From: a virus
Lineage: Duplodnaviria; Caudoviricetes
DNA: 36,618 nt
IMG/VR virus record: IMGVR_UViG_3300033741_000186
Span: 1 to 36,618 of that record
Strand: one strand, 5' to 3'
Part shown: positions 1 to 7,855 of the stretch, piece by piece
How positions within the stretch are numbered: the stretch's first letter is position 1
How the letters are laid out: each line of letters starts with the position of its first letter
Notes under the pieces: generated by a model
Seen by the model: only the letters and a program-made list of their open reading frames with translations
Database searches by the model: none
Told to the model about the DNA's origin: nothing
Made by a program: the position numbers and the translations under genes

Positions 1-2
1 GA

Positions 3-126
3 GAGGGTGTAGTGTCTCTACATAGCCAACGAAAGGGCACACCATGAACCTCTGCATCCGATGCAACGCAGCCCCCGCAAATCACGCTCTATGCGTCGAT
101 TGCAAGGCCGAGCTAAAAGCCCAAGC
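3..126. repeat. Terminal direct repeat, left copy (identical to 36493..36616)
   Basis: Exact 124-bp match at an offset of 36,490; indicates a circular or circularly permuted genome, most likely an assembly overlap. Confidence 0.95.
8..22 (+). promoter_or_regulatory. Early promoter -10 with palindromic operator (copy of 36498..36512)
   Basis: TGTAG-TGTCT-CTACA, followed by SD GAAAGGG and ATG at 44. Confidence 0.75.
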
Positions 127-232
127 CACAGCCGAGGTGCAGCCGATCCAGCAGGCCCGCGATGCCGCCCGGCAGGAATCGGCCGAGCGCAGCCGCAAGT
201 CTTGGGCATTGCTGACAGGTAAGAATTTCTAA
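44..232 (+). CDS. Small Zn-finger-like hypothetical protein
   Basis: CIRC...CVDC motifs; strong SD; first gene after the promoter. Confidence 0.75.
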   Translation: MNLCIRCNAAPANHALCVDCKAELKAQATAEVQPIQQARDAARQESAERSRKSWALLTGKNF

Positions 233-627
233 TGGTCACCTCACGCAAGCCCACGGTGCTAGCCCAAAAGGCACCCCCAAAGTCAAGAGCCAAGGCTAAG
301 CCCGCGCTGGCTGCCCGCCCAGAGTTCACGCCCCGGGCGGGCGAGGAGTACCGGGTGAGGCTCACGGGTGAGGGCCCGTTTGGTTTCGAGCAGCCGTTTT
401 ATTCCGGCGACGAGTTCGATGCCGAGCTAAAGCTGGCCGAGCACCATGACGCCGGGCTGGCTGCCGTGCTGGAGATCTCTGGCCGGTACGGCTACGCCCC
501 GCGCTCGGCGACGCCCGTGACCATTGCCGACCTTGCAGCGGATCACCTCGCCCGAGAGCATCCCGATAAGCGCTGGGAGATTCTGCCCGAGGGTCAGCGC
601 CGGATCAACGAAAGCCTGCGGCCATGA
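232..627 (+). CDS. Hypothetical protein
   Basis: TAATG coupling upstream, ATGA coupling downstream. Confidence 0.75.
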   Translation: MVTSRKPTVLAQKAPPKSRAKAKPALAARPEFTPRAGEEYRVRLTGEGPFGFEQPFYSGDEFDAELKLAEHHDAGLAAVLEISGRYGYAPRSATPVTIADLAADHLAREHPDKRWEILPEGQRRINESLRP

Positions 628-902
628 GCAAAATTTCCCTCGTCGTGCTCTGCTCAACGAGGGTGCGCGCTTTGCAGGTTGCTCGGGCCCGGGGCGTGCC
701 ATCCACGGCCGTATTGTGGCCCAGCTCGGCCGAGGATCTAACCGGGACGGACGGCGTGCCCGTGTACGTCGATTACAGCGTGTTTGAGCATCCAGCGGCC
801 GCTGCGTTGCTGGCGGCATTTACGGCCCGCGCAAACGTCACTGGGGCCCGCAGGGCGGACGCAGCAAGACTTGCGCGGCAACGCGGTAAGGAACTAAACT
901 AG
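624..902 (+). CDS. Hypothetical protein
   Basis: ATGA overlap with the previous gene. Confidence 0.7.
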   Translation: MSKISLVVLCSTRVRALQVARARGVPSTAVLWPSSAEDLTGTDGVPVYVDYSVFEHPAAAALLAAFTARANVTGARRADAARLARQRGKELN

Positions 903-930
903 CTGGATCACTCCCACGAAAGGGGACAAC

Positions 931-1410
931 ATGAACGACACACCTAAAGCAGTGGAACGTATCAAGAAACGGCTAAGCGCCCAAATGGTCGTTAGCGGCC
1001 TTGCCCACGCTCAGCCCACAAAGTGCGAGGAGCTGCTGGACGTTTTTGACGAGGCGACGAGCGGCCTAATTATTTTCGACGCCGAGACAGGCGAAATGCT
1101 GCACACCGGCCCCGGCTCGACAGGCGAAATCTGGCAAAAGATCGCCGCCCAGTGCTTGCCCGGGATGCCCGCCGAGCTTGTCTCTAAAGCCTATGGCGAC
1201 TGGCTAGATGCCGACATTGACCCGCAGCCGTTTGCTATCGGCTCAACCGTCACGCACCGCGAGCTGAGGGCTATGCGTGGCAAGGTAATCGAGCGCATCG
1301 AGGACTCTGGCGAGCTGCATACTCTGCACGTTAGCTGGAGCCCACGCCCCAATCGTGGCGCGTCATCCGGCTACTACAGCCCCCGCGAGCTGGAGCAGGT
1401 GAAAGCATGA
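931..1410 (+). CDS. Hypothetical protein
   Basis: SD GAAAGGGG-ACAAC-ATG. Confidence 0.8.
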   Translation: MNDTPKAVERIKKRLSAQMVVSGLAHAQPTKCEELLDVFDEATSGLIIFDAETGEMLHTGPGSTGEIWQKIAAQCLPGMPAELVSKAYGDWLDADIDPQPFAIGSTVTHRELRAMRGKVIERIEDSGELHTLHVSWSPRPNRGASSGYYSPRELEQVKA

Positions 1411-1832
1411 CCGTCTTTATCATGGCCCGCACCGAGGCCGAGGCCGACGAGGCCGCTTTCAATCTGGGGGCTCGGGAATGGTTTTACCCCCTCACGCCGC
1501 GCGAGCTGGGCGACATAAAGCCCGCCCTAGTCCTCTACGTTGACGGCTGGCGAGAGTCCAAAACGCAGGGGCCAGAGATCGCCCGGTTGCTCAGCGAGTG
1601 GATCGAAAAGCACGACGTGCCAATGGACGAAATGCAGACGACTCGCCAGATGCTCGAAGATGGACGCCTGACCGACCGAGCCCAGCAGGCACTCGCCGCT
1701 GAGCGTTACGGCAAGCGCTCCCCATTTGTTTCCCCCGAGGAGGCCCAGAGCGCCCTGCTGCGTCCACGTCGGCGCACTCTCGTGCAACGGTTCACGGCAT
1801 GGATCAAGCGCCACCTAGGGGCTAAGCGATGA
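1407..1832 (+). CDS. Hypothetical protein
   Basis: ATGA overlaps on both ends. Confidence 0.75.
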   Translation: MTVFIMARTEAEADEAAFNLGAREWFYPLTPRELGDIKPALVLYVDGWRESKTQGPEIARLLSEWIEKHDVPMDEMQTTRQMLEDGRLTDRAQQALAAERYGKRSPFVSPEEAQSALLRPRRRTLVQRFTAWIKRHLGAKR

Positions 1833-2272
1833 CCGCCCGCGACTACTTGGCCGACGCGCTGCGCGAGGAGGTGCCCGGGGTTACTTACGAAACCGCCGAG
1901 GACAGGATGACGTGCTCAATTCAGTTACGGCTCAGCCTCAAGGTGCATCGCTCGCAGGTATTGAGCGAGGAGGCCATGGCTCATTGCGGCGGCGACTTTC
2001 TGGCCGCGACCTTGCGCACAATGATTGACGACTTGCGCCGCGAGGTTATCCACGCGGCCGGGCTGCAATCAGTCATTGACGCCGAGGCCGCCAAGGTGCG
2101 CGCCAAGTGTCAGGATCTCATCGACACCCTAGACGAGCTGATTTCCACCGAGGGGGACGAGGCCGACAGGATGCCCGCCGAGATCGCGGGCTACCTGCGC
2201 GGGAAAGTCTCAGGGCTAGAGATTGCCCGCAGAGCAGCCGAGCGGATCATCAACGGCGAGGCGACACAATGA
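1829..2272 (+). CDS. Hypothetical protein
   Basis: ATGA overlaps on both ends. Confidence 0.75.
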   Translation: MTARDYLADALREEVPGVTYETAEDRMTCSIQLRLSLKVHRSQVLSEEAMAHCGGDFLAATLRTMIDDLRREVIHAAGLQSVIDAEAAKVRAKCQDLIDTLDELISTEGDEADRMPAEIAGYLRGKVSGLEIARRAAERIINGEATQ

Positions 2273-2754
2273 CCGCCCGCGAGCTGGGCGCGATCCAGAT
2301 GGCCCTGATAGATGGCATCCACGCTCAGCACGATATTCTCCAGCAGTCTGACGAGCGCCCCGAGGGTCAACCGTTCGCCCAGTGGATCGCAGGCGAGCAG
2401 GGCAAGCTCGTCGGCGTCAAGGGCATCCTTGACTTGCCCCAGATGGCCCGAGCAATTTTGACGGCCCTCAACAATGGCGACGAGGCTGCCCGGCGTCAGT
2501 CAGATGCAGAGTGGAACGCGCTAGGCGTAGAGACTGCACTGGACGCCCACAGTGACCCCGAGGCTGCCGAAAGCCACGACGGTGGCACAACTGCACCCCC
2601 AGACGATCCTGAGCCCACAGAGCGGCCCGTGACGTGCAAACACTGCGGCACCGCCATACAGCGCCACAACGCACCGGCCGGGCTCGGATGGCGACACACC
2701 GAAACCCTATACAGCGCCTGCGGTTTCAACTCACCCGAAAGGGCCGAGCCATGA
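2269..2754 (+). CDS. Hypothetical protein with C-terminal CxxC...H...C motif
   Basis: Start moved to ATG 2269 (ATGA overlap); CKHC...WRH...C. Confidence 0.75.
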   Translation: MTARELGAIQMALIDGIHAQHDILQQSDERPEGQPFAQWIAGEQGKLVGVKGILDLPQMARAILTALNNGDEAARRQSDAEWNALGVETALDAHSDPEAAESHDGGTTAPPDDPEPTERPVTCKHCGTAIQRHNAPAGLGWRHTETLYSACGFNSPERAEP

Positions 2755-3287
2755 GGCACGACTGGACAGATAGCCATGAGCTGCTAGCGGTCAGATGCGT
2801 TGCTTGCGGAAAGCCCCTAGTGCCCATATTCAATGAGCAGCCGAAATTCAACGAGGCCGACCGGAATGTCGACGACTGCCCCGGCAGGCCCGCCCCGGTA
2901 GATCACCGCTGCATCATGCCCCCAGAGCTTACCGACGCCCGAGCGGATCTCGGCACAACGAAAGAGGACAACATGGCAAGCGGAATAGCCCCCAAAGGCA
3001 CAGACGACAGAACGCCCGGCGAGTTGCAGGTGGACAACTATCAAGAATCAGACAGCACAATTGATATGTTCGCAGCAATGGATCAGGGCGACCTGCGCGC
3101 CGAGGTCATGCGCCGCCCGCTATCGGTAACGCTCCACCTGCTAGAGGTCATCCGTGAGGTTAGGCGTGAGCAGCAGAACCGCATTGAGGCCGGGCATGAT
3201 CTAGAGAGTCGCCTGCGGGCCCTCGTCTCTGAGTCAGTCAGCATGGAGACTGAGGCAGTCGGCCCCGCAATGAAAGCCAACCGTTAG
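2751..3287 (+). CDS. Hypothetical protein with a probable internal in-frame start at 2973
   Basis: ATGA overlap at 2751; strong SD GAAAGAGGACAAC-ATG at 2960-2975. Confidence 0.65.
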   Translation: MRHDWTDSHELLAVRCVACGKPLVPIFNEQPKFNEADRNVDDCPGRPAPVDHRCIMPPELTDARADLGTTKEDNMASGIAPKGTDDRTPGELQVDNYQESDSTIDMFAAMDQGDLRAEVMRRPLSVTLHLLEVIREVRREQQNRIEAGHDLESRLRALVSESVSMETEAVGPAMKANR

Positions 3288-3313
3288 CGTCTATCGACCA
3301 CCTGAGCGACAAC

Positions 3314-3341
3314 GAGCCCCTTGCACGCCCGCAGGGGGCTC
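3314..3341 (+). terminator. GC-rich hairpin ending the early operon
   Basis: GAGCCCCTTGC-ACGCCC-GCAGGGGGCTC; no clear U-tract. Confidence 0.55.
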
Positions 3342-3401
3342 TCGCTGTACTATAGAAAAGACAGACAACCGGGCGGGATCTCGGCTAAACAAAGGGCAAA
3401 C

Positions 3402-3935
3402 GTGGCAGACGATACGGACACTACACCCCCCAAAGGGAACGGCGGCACGGGTGGCGGCAGGCGTTCGGTCGATGCCAAAACGCGCGCGAGGATCGTCCGG
3501 TTAGCTCGGGTGGGCGATAAGAGCCGCAATGCTATCGCCAGAGAGTGCAGCGTGTCGCCGTCTACGGTTACTCTTGTGTGTAGGGATGCTACGCCCCCGG
3601 TTACGTTTGATCGCAGCAGGACGGCAGTGGCTACCGAGGCCCGCGAGATTGACCTGAAAGCTAAGCGGTCAGAGATCTCCCACAAAGCCGTGGCCGAGGT
3701 CGAGCGTCTGTTTGGGCTGCTCACTGCCGAGCATGAGGTTTTCCACTGGGATACCAAAACGGGCTTTATGACCCGTGACAAGATCGACCGGCCGACGTCG
3801 GCCGACGTGAAGAATTACGCCACTAGTATCGGCATCCTGATAGATAAGCACCTCGTGCTGCTCAGAGCTGATTCTGACGAGCGCGACTTGCCCGCCGTTG
3901 AGCAATGGCTGGCCGAAATGATGGGGAGCAAATGA
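3402..3935 (+). CDS. HTH protein, probable terminase small subunit
   Basis: HTH motif SRNAIARECSVSPSTVT, helical C-terminus, upstream of TerL; GTG start after AAAGGG. Confidence 0.65.
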   Translation: MADDTDTTPPKGNGGTGGGRRSVDAKTRARIVRLARVGDKSRNAIARECSVSPSTVTLVCRDATPPVTFDRSRTAVATEAREIDLKAKRSEISHKAVAEVERLFGLLTAEHEVFHWDTKTGFMTRDKIDRPTSADVKNYATSIGILIDKHLVLLRADSDERDLPAVEQWLAEMMGSK

Positions 3936-4273
3936 GAGACGACGGCCAACGCCAGATGACACCCGAGGCCCTAGCTGCATCCGTTGCAGCATCCCGGGCG
4001 AGCATAAACGCAGCCCGGGCGGCGTCTGCTGGCCCCCCTGCGGCCGAGTTCGACAACGACACAGGGGCTCGACGTATGAAAGTGCCCACCCGGGGCGTTA
4101 CTATGTTGCGCATGGCGACGGCACACAACGACGCCGACAGTCTCACGGTGGCCTGCGATCTTTGCCATGAGGTGCTAATGCTGACGCCCGAAACGCTGGA
4201 CGTTGCCGACATTGCCGCCGAGGTTCTGGATCATATGCAGGAGGCGCACAACATGCTAGGGGATGCGCTATGA
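3932..4273 (+). CDS. Hypothetical protein (CDLC...H...H)
   Basis: ATGA overlap; metal-binding-like residues. Confidence 0.65.
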   Translation: MRDDGQRQMTPEALAASVAASRASINAARAASAGPPAAEFDNDTGARRMKVPTRGVTMLRMATAHNDADSLTVACDLCHEVLMLTPETLDVADIAAEVLDHMQEAHNMLGDAL

Positions 4274-4602
4274 GCGGCCGCGAGCTGGACTCTGACGGCA
4301 CAGACAGCTATCACCCCCAGCACCCTTGGGAGCAAGTGGGCCACCCGCTTTACTTGTACCCCAAGCAGCGCACGCTCGACAACTGGCCGCCCGAGGCTGC
4401 ACTGCCAGCAGGGCCCGCAGAGGCCGCAGCATGGCGAGCACTGCCCGAGGTTGCCGCCGAGCCTGAAATGGCCGCAGAGTGGCACAACCGGGGTAACTGT
4501 GGGCCGAGCTGCGATGGGTGGACAGTCAGCCCTAACCGACGCAACTTTACGGGCGTTGACCCTTGCCGTTGCGTCTGCCACCGCCCGAGGATTAGCGCTT
4601 GA
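4270..4602 (+). CDS. Hypothetical Cys-rich protein
   Basis: Overlaps both neighbours by 4 nt; C-terminal CRCVCH. Confidence 0.6.
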   Translation: MSGRELDSDGTDSYHPQHPWEQVGHPLYLYPKQRTLDNWPPEAALPAGPAEAAAWRALPEVAAEPEMAAEWHNRGNCGPSCDGWTVSPNRRNFTGVDPCRCVCHRPRISA

Positions 4603-6017
4603 TTGACCAGCTAGAGGGCAAGGCTGCCAAAGCGACCAAAGTGCCCGAGGGCTGCACCCTCGTCATGTTCGACGGCTCGGTGCGCTCATCCAAAACTGTC
4701 TCCAGCCTGCTCATGTGGATCGAGTTCATAATGCACGGCCCCAAGGGGCAGCTAGCCATGATCGCGCGCACCGAGACGGCCGCGATCAACAACCTCGTAA
4801 TGCCGTTGCAGCAGATGCTCGGCCCGCGCCGGGTAGTCCTCAACCGTGGGCTCGGCATCGCCACGATCCTCGGCCGTGTAGTGCAGCTCTACGGGGCTAA
4901 CGACATAGCAGCAGTGACCAAGATTCAGGGCTCAACCCTCGCCGGGATCTACATAGACGAGGGCACAAACATTCCTGAGCCGTTTTTCAACATGGCGAGA
5001 TCTCGGCTCTCAATCGTCGGCGCAATGCTGTTTATGACGTGCAACCCTGACGGCCCTAAGCACTGGCTCAAAGTCAACTGGCTCGATAAGGCTGAGTGGC
5101 ACCTAGACGCCAACGGCAAGCTGCACCATTTCCAGCGCTGGGAGAATGACCCTGATACCGAGGACGGCCGCCGAGCGCTGCACCTGCCCATCTGGCGCGT
5201 GACTTTCCTGCTGGATGACAACCTCTACCTCGCCCGCAATAACCCTAAGTTTGTGCAGGATCTCAAAAACTCGTGGCCCAAAGCGAGCGTGTTTTACAAG
5301 CGCTACATCTTGAGCCAGTGGGTCAGCGCAGAGGGTGCCGTGTATGCCGTTTGGGATGAGCACAAGATGACGCTCCAGAGCGCCCAGCTCCCCCGGGTTG
5401 AGCAGGTGCTTATTGCTGCGCTCGACTACGGCACAACGCACGACACCCGGGCTTACCTGCTCGGCATGACCCGCGTGAACATCGACCCGGCGACAGGCCA
5501 GCCTGACTGGGCATCAACTAAGCGCGGCCTCAACACGGGGCACGGCATGTCGAAATATGTGCTCATCGTGCTAGACGAGTTCGCCCCCGAGTCTGGCACT
5601 GTGGGCGCTCACGCGGCACTGTTTGAGGGCTGGCTGGCCCGCAATGCGCACTACGGCGTGCCCGAGTGGGTAGCCATCGACCCCGCTGCCGCAACGTTCA
5701 AGACCGAGCTATTCAGCCGGGGCCGCAGCGACGTTATGAACGCCCACAACGCCGTCGTGCCCGGCATCCAGACAGTGCAGTCGCTCATGTTCTCGGGCCG
5801 GTTGTTCGTCGTTGCCGACAACTGCCCCCAGCTCGTCACCCGCATCCACCTGTATATGTGGGACGTGAAAGCCAACGAGGCCGGGACGACTCGCCCAATC
5901 AAAAAAGACGACGATGAGGTGGATGCCTTGCGGTACGCTGTTTACACGTCTAGGCGGGACTGGCGGGCCCATATCCCCTTGGCACCTGTGAGCAATCAAG
6001 ACACCGAGGAGAACTAG
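4599..6017 (+). CDS. terL: Terminase large subunit (PBSX-like)
   Basis: Walker A GSVRSSKT, Walker B GIYIDE, motif III TCNP, nuclease motifs LDYG and DDDEVDALRYAV. Confidence 0.95.
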   Translation: MIDQLEGKAAKATKVPEGCTLVMFDGSVRSSKTVSSLLMWIEFIMHGPKGQLAMIARTETAAINNLVMPLQQMLGPRRVVLNRGLGIATILGRVVQLYGANDIAAVTKIQGSTLAGIYIDEGTNIPEPFFNMARSRLSIVGAMLFMTCNPDGPKHWLKVNWLDKAEWHLDANGKLHHFQRWENDPDTEDGRRALHLPIWRVTFLLDDNLYLARNNPKFVQDLKNSWPKASVFYKRYILSQWVSAEGAVYAVWDEHKMTLQSAQLPRVEQVLIAALDYGTTHDTRAYLLGMTRVNIDPATGQPDWASTKRGLNTGHGMSKYVLIVLDEFAPESGTVGAHAALFEGWLARNAHYGVPEWVAIDPAAATFKTELFSRGRSDVMNAHNAVVPGIQTVQSLMFSGRLFVVADNCPQLVTRIHLYMWDVKANEAGTTRPIKKDDDEVDALRYAVYTSRRDWRAHIPLAPVSNQDTEEN

Positions 6018-7679
6018 GTGAGTGGACTACCCGCCAATGGACAGCCGTGGCCCCTGTCCGGCAACGCTGAGCGTTACGCACGGATGCCCCGCCAAGATGC
6101 TTGGTACTCGGGAGATCCCGCACGACTCGCTGCCGTCTATGGTGGCGCTGCTGCTGGCGGCAGCTCTAACGGCCCGCCGACAACACTAAACCCCTCGGGC
6201 ACCGTCAAGGCTGTTATTGGGGCAGTGCGTAGTGCGTTCTGGGCCTCGCGCTCGACCGGCGAGGAGGCAGACACTCGCCTACACCTGCCAACCCCCGAGG
6301 ACATTGCCCGCCACTCGGCGCGACTGCTATTCAGCGAGCGCCTGAACGTGCGCGTCATCGGCCCAGTGCATGAGGCTGACGGCCCCAAGGATGCCGCTGG
6401 AGAGTTCACTTTTCGCAAGGGTGGCCCCAAGCCCGAGACGGTTGCAGCTCAGGCGCGTCTAGATAAGATTCTGGGGCTCTGCAAGTTTGACGCCCTGCTG
6501 CTCGCCGCTGCCGAGATCTCCAGCGCCCTCGGTTCGACTGGCCTGCGTATCGCGTTCAACAAAGACGGCCCCATAAGTGATCGCCCAATGATCGCCCGGG
6601 TAGACGCAGATGCGACATTGCCCGTTTACTCGTGGGGCCAGCTCGTCGGCGTCATGTTCTGGCAGGTTGTGCTGCACGACGCTAACGGCGTTATCTGGCG
6701 GCATATCGAAATGCACGAGGGCGGCAAGGTTTACCACGGGCTTTACAAGGGCGACAACGGCACCCTCGGCGACCGGCAAGAGCTGACGGCCAACGCGGCC
6801 ACAGAACGCCTCAAGGTGGACGCTGAGGGCGCGATAACGCTGTTGCGAGACGGCGGGCTCACTGCCACCTCAATCCCGAATATGCTGCCTGACCCTATGG
6901 ACAGACGCAACAACGCCGGGCGTAGCGATTTCACGCCGACCGTAATGGGCCTATTCGACACCATCGACCGCGTGTTTACTCAGATGATGGACTCCATCGA
7001 GGATGCTAAGAGCCGCCTGCTCGTCTCTGAGTCGATGCTGGAAAAGGGCAAGCCCGGGCAGGGCAAAACGTTCGACCAGAATCAACGCATCTTTACCTCG
7101 CTGAAAGTGCCGCCACCTGAAAAAGAGGGCGGCGGGCTGCCCATCGAAAAGGTGCAGTTTGAGATGCACGTTCAGGAATACTTGCAGGCGATTGACTGGC
7201 TCGTGCGCCAAGCGATCCAAGCGGCAGGCTACAGCCCCGGCACCGACGTAGGCACGGCCGGGCGCGACGTGACCGCCACCGAGATCCTTGACGACAAGGC
7301 CGACGACATGGCAACCCGTGACGTGAAAATTCGTTACTGGCAGCCTGAGCTGCAAGCGTTGCTAACCTCGTTCGTTGCTGTAGACGTTGCCGAGTTCGCC
7401 CCCCGCGACGAGACTGGCAAGCTGATTCAGGCTTACCCTGTCGAGGTCACGTTTGCCGACGCCATACAGCCCGCCAAGCTGGAGCTAGCCACCGTCGCTA
7501 AAGCACTGAAAGAGGCGGGCGCAGCGTCCATCTTTAGCCTCGTCAGCACGGTAAACCCTGAGTGGGATGCCACGACAATCGGCATTGAGGTTGACCGCAT
7601 TCTTGAGGAGGCCGGTTTTGTTGACCCGGCAACGTTTGGCATGGCTGGCGCAGGCGTAGGCCCCGGCGATGGCGTCTAG
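6018..7679 (+). CDS. Portal protein (SPP1 gp6/A118-like)
   Basis: 553 aa directly after TerL; GRSDF and TATEI motifs. Confidence 0.9.
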   Translation: MSGLPANGQPWPLSGNAERYARMPRQDAWYSGDPARLAAVYGGAAAGGSSNGPPTTLNPSGTVKAVIGAVRSAFWASRSTGEEADTRLHLPTPEDIARHSARLLFSERLNVRVIGPVHEADGPKDAAGEFTFRKGGPKPETVAAQARLDKILGLCKFDALLLAAAEISSALGSTGLRIAFNKDGPISDRPMIARVDADATLPVYSWGQLVGVMFWQVVLHDANGVIWRHIEMHEGGKVYHGLYKGDNGTLGDRQELTANAATERLKVDAEGAITLLRDGGLTATSIPNMLPDPMDRRNNAGRSDFTPTVMGLFDTIDRVFTQMMDSIEDAKSRLLVSESMLEKGKPGQGKTFDQNQRIFTSLKVPPPEKEGGGLPIEKVQFEMHVQEYLQAIDWLVRQAIQAAGYSPGTDVGTAGRDVTATEILDDKADDMATRDVKIRYWQPELQALLTSFVAVDVAEFAPRDETGKLIQAYPVEVTFADAIQPAKLELATVAKALKEAGAASIFSLVSTVNPEWDATTIGIEVDRILEEAGFVDPATFGMAGAGVGPGDGV

Positions 7680-7855
7680 TGCGTATCCGGTTCAGCGTCG
7701 AGCTGCGCATGGAGCGACGCCGCACCGAGCCCGCCCCGGGGCCGCCTGAGTTCGAGCACCGCGACAACGATGGCACCCTAAGCGAGAACGTCGGACACCC
7801 TCGCTATATCGGTTTTATGCCCCAGCGATCAGAGCCAGAGGAGCGCGCCCAGTGA
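7679..7855 (+). CDS. 58-aa hypothetical protein (absent from the ORF track)
   Basis: GTG overlaps the portal TAG and its TGA overlaps the next GTG; MRIRFSVELRMERRRTEPAPGPPEFEHRD...EERAQ. Confidence 0.65.
   Translation: MRIRFSVELRMERRRTEPAPGPPEFEHRDNDGTLSENVGHPRYIGFMPQRSEPEERAQ

Noticed and set aside
8-43. Repeated promoter/leader units as a CRISPR array or solitary CRISPR repeat (Racr)
   Set aside because: The units are dispersed, have no spacers, do not resemble a CRISPR repeat family I know, and are explained by promoter plus SD
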